Assembly (NCBI GenBank): GCA_963844715.1
Contig: CAWJPJ010000007.1
Location: 32,001-96,000 of the forward strand
Origin: an uncultured Phycisphaerales bacterium
Lineage (GTDB): Bacteria; Planctomycetota; Phycisphaerae; Tepidisphaerales; Tepidisphaeraceae
Direction: 5' to 3'
Length of the DNA: 64,000 bases
The notes under the pieces were generated by a model that did no database searches, was not told the DNA's origin, and worked only from the letters and a program-made list of their open reading frames with translations. The position numbers and the translations under genes were made by a program. Of this stretch, positions 51,801-64,000 are shown in pieces; positions within the stretch are counted from its first letter, which is position 1; every line of letters starts with the position of its first letter.

Positions 51801-53552
51801 TTCGGGCGTGTCTTCGGGCATTTTGGGATAGAGGGATTGCATCTCGGGCTTGCCATGGCTGGGATCGGTGGCCATCAGATACGAGATGCGCAGGCCGGGG
51901 AGTTCCGGGTCGGCGGGATCGCGGCGCATCAGGAACTGGAGGGGAGCGGCGGCTTTTTCAGGAGCGTCGTGGACCAAAAGCTTGCACAGGAATTTCTGGG
52001 CTTCGAGATCGTTGCCGTTGTCGCGCAGCATGGATTCAACGACGGAGATCGCACGGCTGATCTGGTTCAGATTGGCGTAAGCGTCTGCGACGCAGGTCAG
52101 AATGATGGGGTCGTGAGTGACCTGTTCGTCGTTGGCAATAAGGGGAGCGAAAGTCTGGATCAATTCCAGGGACTCTCCCTTGAGCAGCATGACGCGCGCC
52201 TGTTCGCGGCGGAGATCGATTCCGATGCCGCTGCGATAGGTGCCGGGGGCGACCTGGATTTCCGCGGGTGCGGCGGCGATGAGCTGATCCAGTTGCTGCT
52301 GGATCTGGTCCATGAGGGCCTTGCGTTGATCGGCCGAATGAGCGTGGACGTAATCGACGATTTCGAAATCGACCAGCTCGGTCATGATGGCGGCGCGAAG
52401 TCCGACGATGTGATTCGGATCATCGTGTAATTGCGCCATCATCGAATTGAGAATCTGCTCGGCATCGGGACGCGTGTTTTCCATGCGGGCCAGGAACTGG
52501 GCGAGCATCAACTTCGAGGAGGGAAGATTCGGAGGAAGGGTGCGGCAGATTTTGACGGCGCCTTCGTAGTCTCCCTGCTGGTCGGCGACCTGGATGGCGG
52601 TATTCAGGATCGAGCTATAGTCGGGATCCTTGGGACGGACCAAGGCGCGGGCACGTTCGATTTCCTGTCTGGCCATGGCCCAATATTTGTCGTGAAGGGC
52701 CTTGGCGGCGGGTGACATGACGGTCGGGTCGTCGTTGGGCCCCACGGCGGACTGATCGAAATCAGCAAGCAACTCGAGAATCAGCGCGAAGCGATGATGT
52801 ATGGAGGCGTTGTTGTCCTGGGAGGGAAAGCCGTCGCCTTTGATCAACTTTTGGAACATGTCGACAGTTTGGCTGTAGAGGGCGGTGGCCTCGGGCGGCT
52901 GAAGGCGCAGGGGAGATTCGCGCGTGAGTTCCTGGGCCTGGAACAGGTTGGCCTTGGCGATGTGGAACGGGACGTCGGCATCGCTGGGGTCTTTCTGCAT
53001 GAAGTTTCGGAGATCAGCCAGGGCCTGTTGGACGGACTCCTGATCGCTGGTGAGATTTCCGATCCATTCCTGAATGATCATTTCCGCGGGCATGGCGGCG
53101 AGCTTTTGATCGGTGGGATCGATCTCGTGGGCGCGCTGTGAGTAGTCGATCAAGCGTGTATAGGTATAGGCGATGGGGGGAGCGCTGGACTGCCACCAGG
53201 AAATCAGGGCGCGAATGGCGGGGAGATAGTGGGGATCGATTTCCAGGGCGTGCTCGTAGGCGGCGCGTTCCTGGGCGGGGGCGTCGAGACTGGATTGGCC
53301 TTCCTGGTGCAGTGCGGCCCCAAGCATCATGCAGATGTCGAGATTATGGGGATCGAGGGAGGAAGCTTTTGCGAAATATCCGGCGGCCTCGGCCCAGCGT
53401 CCTTCCTCGGCGGCAGCCTTTCCGGCATCGATGTAAGGACCGGGATGTTCGTGAATCAGGAATTTTTGCGCGGCGAAAACGACGACCCAGAGTCCGACCA
53501 GGACGCAGAGGAAGATGGTGAGGAACCGGGTGTTGACTCGACGTCGTGCCAT
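48859..53552 (-). CDS. Very large membrane-anchored TPR protein (frameshift near 49230)
   Basis: N-terminal TM, many TPR-like helical repeats, ALNNLA...DTQGW C-terminal motif as in PrsT-type proteins. Confidence 0.85.
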
Positions 53553-53711
53553 GAATGGATTTCCGCTATTTTGGACGAACTAAAGACGAACTAAAAAGAA
53601 CCCTGAAACTCTCCCACTCGTGGGTGGAGGCAACTCCATCCAACATCACCCGTTGAATGGGGCAAAGTTGCTGGGAAAAGGGTGTTTTAGACCATTTTAC
53701 CCATTTTCCGG

Positions 53712-54683
53712 TTAGGGATGGGCATGGATCACTTTTTGCCAGTCCGGTAAACAGGCCTCGATTTCGGGCCTGGCAGCGGTCAGGAAGCTGCGCATCGTAT
53801 CGGAGGCCACTTGTGTATCGTCCCCGATGACCATCAATTCAATTTTTGCGTAATACCCATAACGCTGGGTGAGGCTCTGTAATCGTTGGCGGACCGCGAG
53901 GGGATCGCTCTCATAGGCGCCGTCCACATGGAAGACGTATGCGACGCATTTTGGTTCGGCGTTGCGTCCGGTTTGATCCTCAAAGCTGATGAAGCGAACG
54001 CCGACGAGAACGGGTGCGGCGGATCCTGGGGGCGTCAGGTCCCAGGTGGGTTCGTTGTAGGAAGAGGGCTCGTAACCGTCGGCGATATAGCAGCGGTCGG
54101 GAATGTGGGCGACGGTGTCGACAAGCCCGGTGTAATAAGTCAGGCCCATGTTGATGACGCCGACGGTCCGCTGTCGCTGGAGCCCGTAGCTGATTTTTTT
54201 GCAGTCTTCGGCGGTCTTGCCTAGCAGGGCATGCTCGACCATCGCTTTCTGCTCGGCGAAGGTCGCGGCCTGGAATTTGACGCGGAGCGCGGTGACGGCG
54301 GGATCCTCGGCTGGCGCATCGGCGACGTCGTCGTCTTTTTGCTCGGGCCTGGGGTGATTCAGGTTCCAGACATAGGCGAGCAAGTCCGCACCGCGCGTCG
54401 GGACGTCGATGTAATCACGATAAACGTATTTTTCGGTGCCCAGGACGTCCTGAATTTCCTTGTCGAGTTTTTCGTCCTGGGAAATTTGCAGCCAGGTTCC
54501 CATCAGGGCGGGAATTTCGTGAAAATCGCGCGGCTGGGGAACGGGCTCCTTCTTGAAATGGAGCCGCAGGGCTTGAGTGGCGGCGTTGAGGGTGACGGCG
54601 GCGACGAGCAGGATCGCACAAACGACGAGAAACGCGGGCTGCGACAGTGCACGGCGAATCGGCGAAACATTCGGGTTACTCAT
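53712..54683 (-). CDS. Exosortase-associated EpsI-family protein
   Basis: N-terminal TM, VLGTEKYVYRDY, YYTG...HIPDRCYIADGY; adjacent to the exosortase. Confidence 0.8.
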   Translation of the reverse strand: MSNPNVSPIRRALSQPAFLVVCAILLVAAVTLNAATQALRLHFKKEPVPQPRDFHEIPALMGTWLQISQDEKLDKEIQDVLGTEKYVYRDYIDVPTRGADLLAYVWNLNHPRPEQKDDDVADAPAEDPAVTALRVKFQAATFAEQKAMVEHALLGKTAEDCKKISYGLQRQRTVGVINMGLTYYTGLVDTVAHIPDRCYIADGYEPSSYNEPTWDLTPPGSAAPVLVGVRFISFEDQTGRNAEPKCVAYVFHVDGAYESDPLAVRQRLQSLTQRYGYYAKIELMVIGDDTQVASDTMRSFLTAARPEIEACLPDWQKVIHAHP

Positions 54684-56294
54684 ACGGCCTCCCGTTTTGA
54701 ATCCGGAGGAATGGGTTTGGGTGCTTGATTACCTTTGGGCGCCGCGGCGGCTTTGGGAGAAAGCGGGGGAACGGCTTTAACGGGTTTTGCGGCGGGGTTC
54801 GGAGGAACGTGCGCGGCGCGGGGCCTGCCGACGGCCAGATGCGAAAAAGGAGGCGGCGCGGGATACGCGCCGCGCCGGAAAGCGGCCCGGACGGAGGAAT
54901 CTTTGCAACGCCGGGTTTGGCCGAAGCGGGAGCGGAAGCCGGTCTGGCGGCGTTGTTCCTCGGAACGGCGGATGGCGCGGCGGATCTCGCGGCCATGGGG
55001 GGGGAGGCATTGGGGATCACCGGGGCGCGATCGACGGCGGGGGCTCGACGGATGATCGACCCGGCCGCGGGGGGCGGCACGATGGTCGGCGTCGCGGCGC
55101 GGCGGACGACCCGGGTGACGCCGCGGCGGTGGTCGGCTTCCTCAACGAATATCTGGTCCAGCACCCATCCCACCAGCAAAATGAGGAGGAAGGCGGGAAC
55201 CAGCATGATCATTCCGACGAACTGGTGCGCGAAATTTTCGGATAGCTGCTGACTGACATAGTGATCGAGCAAACCTTGTCCGGAGACGCGCATGACATTG
55301 CAGAAAATGGCGATGGGAATGGCGGAGAGGGTGATGAATATTTTTTGCCAGAGGGCGCGGCCGGAGAGGAAAGCGACGGCGCCGCCGACGGCGATGAAAG
55401 TCATGAGGGAGCGAAGACCGGCGCAGGCTTCAGCGACGTTGAGGGTTCGCATGACCCCGCCGTGGCCGGCGATGAAGATTTTGGTTCCAGCGGCGTGCGC
55501 CTCGACGCCGGTGATTTCCAGAGCGCGTACGGCGACGTTGGCGGCGAGCTGCTGAAGGGGACCGGCGATACGGCTGTACATGAGTCCGGGCCAGGGGATG
55601 CCGCAGACGAGAAAGGCGATGGGAAACCAGGCGGTCTGCATGACGCCCCAGTCGGTGAGTGCGAGCACGACGCCGAAAAGGGTGACGACCATCCCGAAGT
55701 CTTTGACGAAATCGTTTTGGCCGGGGTAGATGCCGTAGCCGAAGAGGGCGATTCCGAAGACGACGACGAACCCGCCGAACCAACCGGCGGAATGGGCTCG
55801 CAGATATTGAGCGGGCTTGGAGATTGGGAAGAACCAAAGTCCCGCCCCCAGGGCGGCGGAGGCGACGAGAGACAAAGCGGCGCCGATGCGGAAGAATTCG
55901 CCGGCCAATTCATGGACCAAAGCGAGCGTGAGCAGCATGGCCAGAGTGAGCAGCGCCCAAATGCGCATTGCGGCATTGCGCGGCGCGGCGCGGGCGGGAG
56001 CTGGGGATGAAGGAGCAACTCTCGATTCACATAGAGGTAGTAGAGGCCGATGATGGGCACGCCGATGGCGTGGCCCCAATTGGCTTCGCCGTAGAAGGGA
56101 TTTGTCTTATCCCAAAGGCGGCGGAGATTGGGCCAGAAGAGGGCACCGAAGAGAGCGGTGACGATGGCGATGCGGATCCAGACGGCCTGGGGAAGTCCGA
56201 GCCAATCGGGGGCTGGAGCGGCGGCCGCGGCATCGACGGGAGCGTCGGCGCCGCCGCTGTTGGCGTTGAGATCGATGGATTGCGGACTGCTCAT
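54676..56294 (-). CDS. Exosortase (EpsH-family) with Pro/Ala-rich tail (frameshifted)
   Basis: NWGHAIGVP, VAEACAGLRSL (Cys), NVMRV (Arg), AHQFVG (His); multiple TM helices. Confidence 0.9.
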
Positions 56295-56527
56295 CGGACG
56301 CCGATCGGTTATGCGCTGGCGCGAGCCTCCGGAACTCGAGCCAAGCGTATTTCCTTGCCATTCCCGCGCCGAATCGGCGGGCGTGGCGTACATCGCCAGG
56401 GAAAGAAGCGGCGCACACACACGCCGTTTGTTCGCGCCGCGTCATGCGGCGTCAAACCTTTCCCGACCAGCCTCCCTTGCAATCCCTGAAAGAGATCAAC
56501 CTGCGACAACTTCGAGTCGCCTGGGCG

Positions 56528-58091
56528 TTACAAGCCCAGGTCATTGCTTTGCGAACCGAAGTTGCGGTCATACAGGAATCCGAATCCGTAGTCGATGCGG
56601 AACGAGTTTCGAACGGCCGCGATAAACGGAGTCGCCGATATTCGTTCCGACGTACACGATATCGTTTGGCTTTAGATAAATATCGGGCATTTCTCCGCTA
56701 AGGACCTTGGTCAAGTCGATGCGGACGAAGACTTCCTTGTCGTTTCCGAGCTGTCGGATGATTTCCGATCGCCGGGGGATGGCCAAATCGTCACCGCCGC
56801 CGGCGGCGATCCAGGCTTCCTTAATGGTGACGGGCGTTCCGGTAAGGCTATAAACACCGGAGCGAAGAAGATGGCCGCCCATGTAATAGAGGCCGGTGAT
56901 GGGATCGGGCACGACGATCATATCGCCGGGTCGGACGACGATGTTGTACTTGAGTTCGCCATAATGCTGGAGGCGATAGATCGGGACGCGAATTACGCGG
57001 ACGTCGGTGGGTTCCTTGGGTCCGTTGAATTCAAACTGGCCCGGTTCCTCGGGGGCGCCCGGGGCGGCGGGTTGTTGTTCCGGAGGAATTGGGGCAGGCG
57101 GCGCGGCTTGCTGATCCTGCTGTTGCTGCTGCTGCTGATCCTGCGGGTTTGGAGCGGGCGTGGGGTTATTGGGGTTGGGAGCGGGCTTGCCCTCGATAAC
57201 GCCGGAAGCGCCTTCGTCGGAGCCGGGGGCGAGCAAGTCCTTGTTTGAGGAGCTGGTGGATTGATCCATCAGGACGACCTGCCTGGGATGGGACGACGGA
57301 TCGAGTTGCGATTGCGGACCGGGCGGAGGCGCCAGCAGATCGCCCGGAGGCGTCGTGGGCTGGGTGGCCGGGGCCGGGGTTTCAGGCTCGGGAGCTTCCG
57401 GTTCGGGTGGTTTGTCCGCGCTGAGTTTTCGAATGACGTAGACATAATCGACGCCGATGGTGGTTGCTGGACCGTGGGCGGCGACCATCGCATCGAGCAT
57501 GCGATAGTCGGGGCGAGTCAATTCATATTCGCCGACAGCGCCGACATTGCCGGTTACGGTGAACGTGCGTGCGCGGGCTTCGGCTACGGTTGCGGTGACG
57601 CGGGCTCGCTTAATCAAGTTTGCGTCTTCATAGGCCTTGGCGACGGCGTCTTCCAATTCATGTTCGGTGAGACCTTCTGCTTTGACGGGCCCGATGAAGG
57701 GAAGGCTGACCATGCCGGTTTCACTGACGCGGACGACCTTGGGAACCTCGCCGGTGCCTTCACCCATGAGGTCGAAGATGGTGATGCTGACGACGTCGTT
57801 TTTGCCGATGCGGTAATCGGAAATGATCGGTTCGAGGTCGGCTGGGGCGACGTCAACGGCCTGTGAAAAGACGGTGCTGGGCTCTTCGACGCTTCGATCC
57901 AGGGTGCTGAGAATAGGTACGACGAGATTTTTGGAATTGGGCGGGCGAATTTGCGGTTCAGCAGGAGCGATAAAGTCGTTGATTTCACCGACATTTGAAT
58001 CGCAGGCGGTGAGGGCAAACAAAAGAGGCAGGCACACTAGCGGCACCAAGGCGTACCGTATCTTGGATTGTAAACCGATTCCCCAGTGCAA
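56528..58091 (-). CDS. Wza-like polysaccharide export lipoprotein with SLBB domains (frameshift near 56635)
   Basis: LTAC lipobox, DYRIGKNDVV, GMVSLPFIG, SLBB repeats, Pro/Gln-rich insert, C-terminal YGFGFLYDRNF in the shifted frame. Confidence 0.88.
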
Positions 58092-58317
58092 GATGCGCTC
58101 CTTTCACGTGAACGCGAACGCCGGCGATGTGTTTTTGCGCCGGACCGCCGTCAGACTGGACCAATTCGACAAGATTTGGCCTGCCCAAGGGCTACAGATT
58201 TATGACGGCGCGGCTATTTTGCAGAATATAGGGCCGATTAGCAACCGGGGGCCCAGTCTTCCTGAAAATCTCTTCCCTGGCCGTTTATCGACATCCGCTC
58301 AAATCCCCTTCAACGGG

Positions 58318-59855
58318 TTATCCAGCTTCTCTGGGGCTCCTCAAGCGGCGATGCTGCCGCTTGGGAATGGCGCTGGATATGGGACGCCGTTCAATCTTCA
58401 TGGACTGGGCGGGCAAATGTTTCAGCAAAAATGCGGGGCGATCGGTGCGTCCGCCCTGCTGGTAGTCGTCCCAAACGGTATACGCGATTTGGGCGGCGGA
58501 CTGGGCCATGGGACCGGTGAGAAAGTCGAATACGGCTTCGGCTAGGCGGTGAAGGGATATTCCATGGCTGGCGCTATGGCGGGCGTGCAGCCATTGGGAG
58601 AATCGCAGGAACCCCTGGAACGGGGAGCCCTTTTGCCAGATGAGGGGGGCGGAGCGGAGAAAATTGCCGCTGTTGGAGACCAGGTCCCAGTGGCGGGCGA
58701 ATCGGCGCAAGTGCTGCATGGTGGCGAAGTCGATGCATCGGGTTTGGAGGATTTCGTAGGGGGGATTGGGGCTGTAGACCATTTGCCATTCGTGGTCGTG
58801 GCGGACGATGGGCGTTCCGCGGAGGCGTTTGAGAAGGCCGACCTGGATTTCCTGGGGCCCGAGGGCAACGAGGCGATCGAAGCCGGCGGCGAAGCCGGGG
58901 ACGTCTTCGCCGGGAAGGCCGACGATCAGATCGGCGTGGACGTGGACGCCGGTTTCAGGCGCGGAGGAATTTCAAATTTCTCGCATAGGCGATCGACGTC
59001 CTGCTTTCGGCTGATGCGCGCGGCGACTTCGGGATTGAAGGTCTGGACGCCGACTTCAAATTGGAGTGCGCCGGCGGGAAGCGTCGGATGGCGGCGCGCA
59101 GGCCTTCGGGCAGTCGGTCGGGGATCATTTCAAAGTGGAGAAAGAGGCCGGCCGAATAGCGGTCGAGAAAGAATTCGAGAATTGCGCGGCTGAAATTGAG
59201 ATTGAGATTGAAAGTTCGGTCGACGAACTTGAACAGACGCACGCCGCGGTCGAGCAGGCGCTGCATGGCAGCGAGGAAGGATTCGAGGGGGACGTTGCGC
59301 ACGGGGATGTCGAGCGAGGAGAGGCAGAATTCGCAGGAGAAGGGGCAGCCGCGCGAGGCTTCGACGTAGATGACGCGATGGGCGACGTCCTGATCGTCGT
59401 AAAAATCGTAGGGGAGGAGGAGTCTGGAGAAGTCGGGCAAGTCGGCCGTGAGGGTGCGGACAAGGGGCTTTTGGCCGGCGAGGAGCTTTTGGCAGAGATC
59501 GGCGAAGGCGAGATCGGCCTCGCCGCAGAGGACAAAATCGGCCTGGCGGCAGATTTCGTGGGCGTCGGTCTCGTAGCTGACTTCGGGGCCGCCGAGAACG
59601 ATTTGGAGATCTGGGCGCAGGCGTTTGAGATCGGCGACAAGTTGCGCGGAGGGAGCGGCGTTCCAGATATAGACGCCGAGGCCGACGATTTTCTGGCGAG
59701 GATCGCCTCGGCGACGTCGAGAGGGCTTTGGGTGATTTCGAATTCGAGGATTTTTGCGCGGGGCGCAGAGGGCCGAGGTTGGCCAGGAGATAGCGCAAAC
59801 CGAAGGCCGCGTGGGCGTATCGAGCGTTGAAAGTGGTCAGGACAATTTCGGCCAC
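58318..59855 (-). CDS. B12-binding-domain radical SAM protein (several frameshifts)
   Basis: [55 protein letters not shown]. Confidence 0.88.
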
Positions 59856-59858
59856 GTC

Positions 59859-60604
59859 TTAATCCACACGGAAATCGCTGCAGGCATAGAGAATGGCGCG
59901 GCGGGGCCAGGCGGGATCGTAAAGGACGATGGCCTGATCCCCCTTGGAAAGATTTTCGCAGCGCCAGGCGGCGACGCCTTCGACGGCGTTGATGGTCTGG
60001 CCGTCGCGGGTGTTGAAGGTGAATTGGAATCGCGCGGTGGCGGAATCGCGGCCGATGACCTCTTTATCGATAATTCGACCGACGACGGCGGTGCCGCGCT
60101 CGATGAGGCGGCGCGGGATCGATCGAACGCGCAGATGGAGGAAGAGAACCAGGTTCCAAACGACGGTAAGGACCCGAAAGGGACCAGTGCGTGGTCCAGT
60201 ATTCGGGGGCGGGCTTTTCCATTTCGCTGATGCGACGGGAGCCGATGGTGACGGCGTGGACGCGCACTTCGGCGCCGATCATGAGATTTTTGTAGAGTTT
60301 GGGGGTGACGCCGTCGGAACCGGTAAGGGGTTTGGAGTTGGAGATGTAACCGTACTTGGCGCGATAGGCGATTCCACCGTGTCCGCTGGTGGTGGTGTAG
60401 AGCTGGACGACGCGGCCGTCGAGGGCGGGAGTGGCGAAGATGAGGAGCAACTCAGCCAGCGGAAACGCGAGCAAGCCGATGCCGACCAGGACGTAGGGTA
60501 AGAGGAGGAGTGCGGCCCATTTTCTGCGATAGCGGCGTGCGCGGCGCGGTGGCGATGCGCAGCTCCGCAGGGACGGCCAGGTTGGTCTGCGCGTCAGTGC
60601 CCAT
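59859..60604 (-). CDS. Membrane protein with two beta-rich modules (DUF3592-like; frameshifted)
   Basis: TM plus GRVV..GAEVRV module, second TM plus GTAVVGRI..GDQAIVLYDP module, read across two indels. Confidence 0.55.
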
Positions 60605-60655
60605 GGGGGGGAAGTATACGTATACGGCGGCCTGCCGTCGCACTAAAATCGGATC

Positions 60656-62432
60656 GTGCAGGGCGCCCCGCAATATTGTCGCAAGCGATGGCAAATTGAG
60701 CCGGCGCATCCGGAGGCGGGGGAATTGGCGGCACGGCTGAAGATATCGCCGCTGACGGCGCAGGCGCGTGCTATTGCGCGGCATGGGGGAAACGGAGGCG
60801 GCGGAGGCATTTTTGCGGCCGAATTTAAAGATGCTTGCGGAGCCGGGGCTTTTGCCGGGACTGACCGCCGCGGCGCAACGCATTGCCCGCGCGATCCGCG
60901 AAAAAGAAAAGATCGTCATCTACGGCGATTACGACGTGGACGGCATCACCGGAACGGCGATTCTGTGGCACGCGATCACGTTGCTGGGGGGAAATCCGGC
61001 GACTTACATCCCCCACCGCCTCGAGGAGGGATACGGGCTGAACGCGGATGCAATCAATCAAATTATCGACAACGGCGCGAAGTTGATCGTTTCAGTGGAT
61101 TGCGGGATCACGGGGATCGCCGAGGCGAAGATCGCGCGGGAGCGCGGGGTGGAGATGATTGTGACGGATCATCACGAGTGGCATGCGGACTCGGAGGGGA
61201 AGCCGCTACTGCCGGAGTGTTTTTCGATCGTGCATCCCCGGCTGAAGGGGGAGGCGGAATATCCGAATCCATTTTTGAGCGGCGCGGGGGTGGCGTTCAA
61301 ACTCGCATGGGCGATCGGCCAGGCGGCGGGCGGACAGGAACGGGTGAGCCAGACCTATCGGGAATTTTTGATCGAAGCGACGGCGCTGGCGGCGCTGGGG
61401 ACGATCGCGGATGTGGTGCCGCTGGTGGGGGAAAATCGGGCGCTGGCGGCGTTTGGACTGGGGGGATTGCGCGAGAGCAAGCTGACGGGGTTGCGGGCGC
61501 TGATCGAATCGGCGGCCCTGAGTGGGAAAAAGTTGGATAGCTATCACGTCGGGTTTCTATTGGCTCCTCGACTGAACGCGTGCGGGAGAATGGGGCACGC
61601 GGCGTTGGCCGTCGAGATGCTGACAACGGCAACGGAGGATCGGGCACGCGAAATCGCGGCGTATCTGGACGAGCAAAATCGGGCGCGGCAGGATTTGGAG
61701 AAGAAAATATTGGGCGAGGCGATGGCGCAGATTGAAGCGAATCATTGGGGAGATTCGACGCATCGGGCGCTGGTTCTGGCCGGGGAGGGATGGCATGCGG
61801 GGGTGATCGGGATCGTGGCGGCGCGGATCGTGGATCGCTTCCGCCGCCCTACCGTCATGATCGCGCTATCCAACGGCGTGGGACAGGGGAGCGCGCGATC
61901 CGTCGCGGGATTTCATTTGTCGAAGTCGCTGGAGCGGTGCAAGGAATATCTCCTGGCCTGGGGGGGACATGAAATGGCGGCGGGGTTGCGCATTCAGTCG
62001 GATCGGGTGGAGGCTTTCCGCGAGGCGCTGGACGGGGCGGCGCGGGAGACCGTTACAGACGAGATGCTCGTGCCGCAGCTTCGATTGGAGTGCGTGGCGG
62101 ATCTGGGACAGATGACCGAGGCACTGGTGACGGAGATGAGGCGGCTGGGGCCGTTCGGGCATGGGAATCCGCGGCCGGTTTTGTGCGTGCGGGATGTGTC
62201 GGTGGCAGCGGTGCCACGGCGCGTGGGGAAAACGGGGGAACATCTTCAGCTTATCGTGAAGCAGGGGCAGAGGAGCATTCGGTGCATCGGGTTTCGATAT
62301 GGGGAATTGTTCGATCGATTGGGGCCGGGAACGAAAATTGATTTGGCGGTAGAGCCGTCGCTGAATGAATTCAACGGGCGGCGGAATGTGGAATTGGAGA
62401 TCAAGGATTTGCAGTTTTGCGGGTCGGATTAG
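60656..62432 (+). CDS. recJ: Single-stranded DNA exonuclease RecJ (frameshift near 60765)
   Basis: YGDYDVDG, EGYGLN, VDCG, TDHH, GTIADVV, APRLNACGR, GGHEMAAG, PFGHGNP. Confidence 0.96.
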
Positions 62433-64000
62433 CGTTGGCTTCACACCAATCGCGCCAGATCTGGCGGTAGATGGATTCTAAATTGCGGGCGAGCTTGGGG
62501 CCGTCCATGAGGGGGCTGCGCTCCATTCGGGGGCGGAGGTCGGATCGTAATTGGGAGAGGCGCTGGAGATCGGAGGACCAATCGATCGCGATGCGCCGAA
62601 GTCGTCTTCGGTTTGGGCACACAACTGCATTAAATCGAGATTGGCGGCGAGGCTGAGTCCGGCGCGGCCTACGGGGGTGCGGCCGACGAGGGTGATGACG
62701 GGGACGCCCATCCAGAGGGCGTCGAGGCTGGTCATGTGGCCGTTGTAGGGCATGGTGTCGAGGCAGAGATCGATCTGGTTGTAATACTCAAGATAGGGGC
62801 GGCGGAGTTCGCGGCTGACGAAGTCGATTCGTTTCGGATCGACGTCCAATTTTTCCAGGACCCAATTCTGGGCGCTGCGGGCGGTGTGATGGAGGAGGAT
62901 GCGCGAATTGGGGACGGATTTGAGGATGCGGGACCAGAGGGCGAGGACGCCGTCGTTTATTTTGCAGAATTTGTTGAGGCTTCCGAAAGTGATAAAGCCG
63001 TTGCGCAATGCGGGGAGGGGCTGGACGGGCGGGGGATCGTCGATGAGGGGGTCGTAGCACCAATAGCTGTCGGGGAGACGGATGGATTTTTCGCTGTAGA
63101 AGGCGTCGTTTTGGCCGGGGGGATCGAGCCATGGGTCGGTGAGGCGGTAGTCGACGGTTTGCAGGCCGGTGGTGCCGGGGCAGGCTATGAAGGTGGCTTG
63201 CACCGGGGCGGGCTTGCGGGCGAAAGCGAGCAGGCGATTTTCGGAGGTGTGCATCGAAAGGTCCATGAGGATGTCGATGTGGTCGGCGCGGATTTGATCG
63301 GCCAGTTGCTCATCCGAAAGGTCGGCGCAGTTCCGCCAGACGTCGGCGCATTTTTTAGGCGCTGGGTGACCCAGTCGGAATCACGGACGGAGGAATAGCA
63401 GAAAATTTCTTGGGCAGCGTGATCGTGATTTTCCAGGAGGGGGACGGTGCAGAAGGACGTGGCGTGCTGACGGAAATCGGGGGAGACGTAGCCGATCTTG
63501 AGGCGGCCGGTGGGGTCGGGTGTATTGTAAAATGGGGGGAGGACGACGCGCAGGTGCTGGGCGTGTTGGCGGTCCCACTTGCGATGCTCTTCCAAAATGA
63601 TGGCGGGGTCGTAGGCGGGGTCGTACCAGAGACAGAAGACGAGATTGCTGTGGGCGACGGCGTTGTTGGGATTGAGTTTGACGGCGCGGCGGTATTCGGC
63701 GATGGCCTGGGGGACGCGGGCGACGTTTTTGAGGGCGCCGGCGAGCGCGTTGTGCAGATCGTCGGAGCCGGGCGGGTTTTCGGCGATCAATTTTTCGTAG
63801 AGGTCGATCGCTTCTTCAAGATCGCCGCGCGCGGCCAGGGCGTCGGCGAGGCCGCGGCGGGCCTGGGTGTAATCGGGCTTGAACTTCAGGGCGGCGCGGA
63901 AGGCGTCGACGGATTTGTCGAATCTACGCCAATCGAAGAGCGTCGTGCCGAGATTATTGTAGATTTCGGGAGTGGGTCGTAGGGCGATGGCGCAATTGAA
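62401..64000 (-). CDS. TPR plus GT41 (O-GlcNAc transferase/SPINDLY-like) protein, 5'-partial and frameshifted
   Basis: TPRs, AHSNL, LKIGYVSPDFRQH, DLSMHT, KPAPVQ, FGSLNKFCKIN, LDTMPYNGHMTSLDALWMGVP. Confidence 0.9.

Noticed and set aside
53572..53594. 11-bp direct repeat GACGAACTAAA upstream of the TPR gene
   Set aside because: Only two copies; cannot distinguish an operator from a chance duplication
1..64000. Mass pseudogenisation or programmed frameshifting in about 20 split genes
   Set aside because: Breaks are apparent single-base indels that hit normally important genes (murJ, recJ, thiE) without other decay; sequencing or assembly error is far more likely. Read realignment would settle it.

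Overview
GC-rich bacterial chromosomal segment. Gene content (membrane proteins ending in a CxxCGxDLRAxPERCPECG Zn-ribbon, ATQP-bearing exported proteins, a Ser/Thr kinase, an exosortase locus) suggests Planctomycetota, probably Phycisphaerae/Tepidisphaerales (inference). Roughly 20 otherwise intact genes carry apparent single-base frameshifts, most simply explained by an unpolished long-read assembly. Housekeeping genes: thiE, murJ, a ParA-family ATPase, gpmI, ferredoxin, arfB, asd, tRNA-Val(TAC), gpsA, recJ. Other loci: a CHASE2 adenylate cyclase/SH3/M48 operon divergent from PilZ and cNMP-MscS genes; an ECF sigma/Spy/CopA cluster; a hybrid histidine kinase with a REC-HD-GYP partner; a Wza-exosortase-EpsI-TPR-Wzc locus; one complete IS5-family element. 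Main observations outside the ORF track: (1) a stand-alone transcription unit encoding a 21-aa Lys-rich peptide with a 12-nt Shine-Dalgarno and a 3' UTR of twin hairpins that each display UGGCUCCAAA; (2) a 275-bp structured MITE whose terminal repeats match the IS5 element; (3) several families of heptamer/nonamer-based palindromic intergenic repeats, one hit by the IS and two flanking an HTH gene remnant; (4) -10 boxes 6-9 nt upstream of at least 12 start codons, implying widespread leaderless or near-leaderless mRNAs. All calls are from reading the sequence; no database searches were run.
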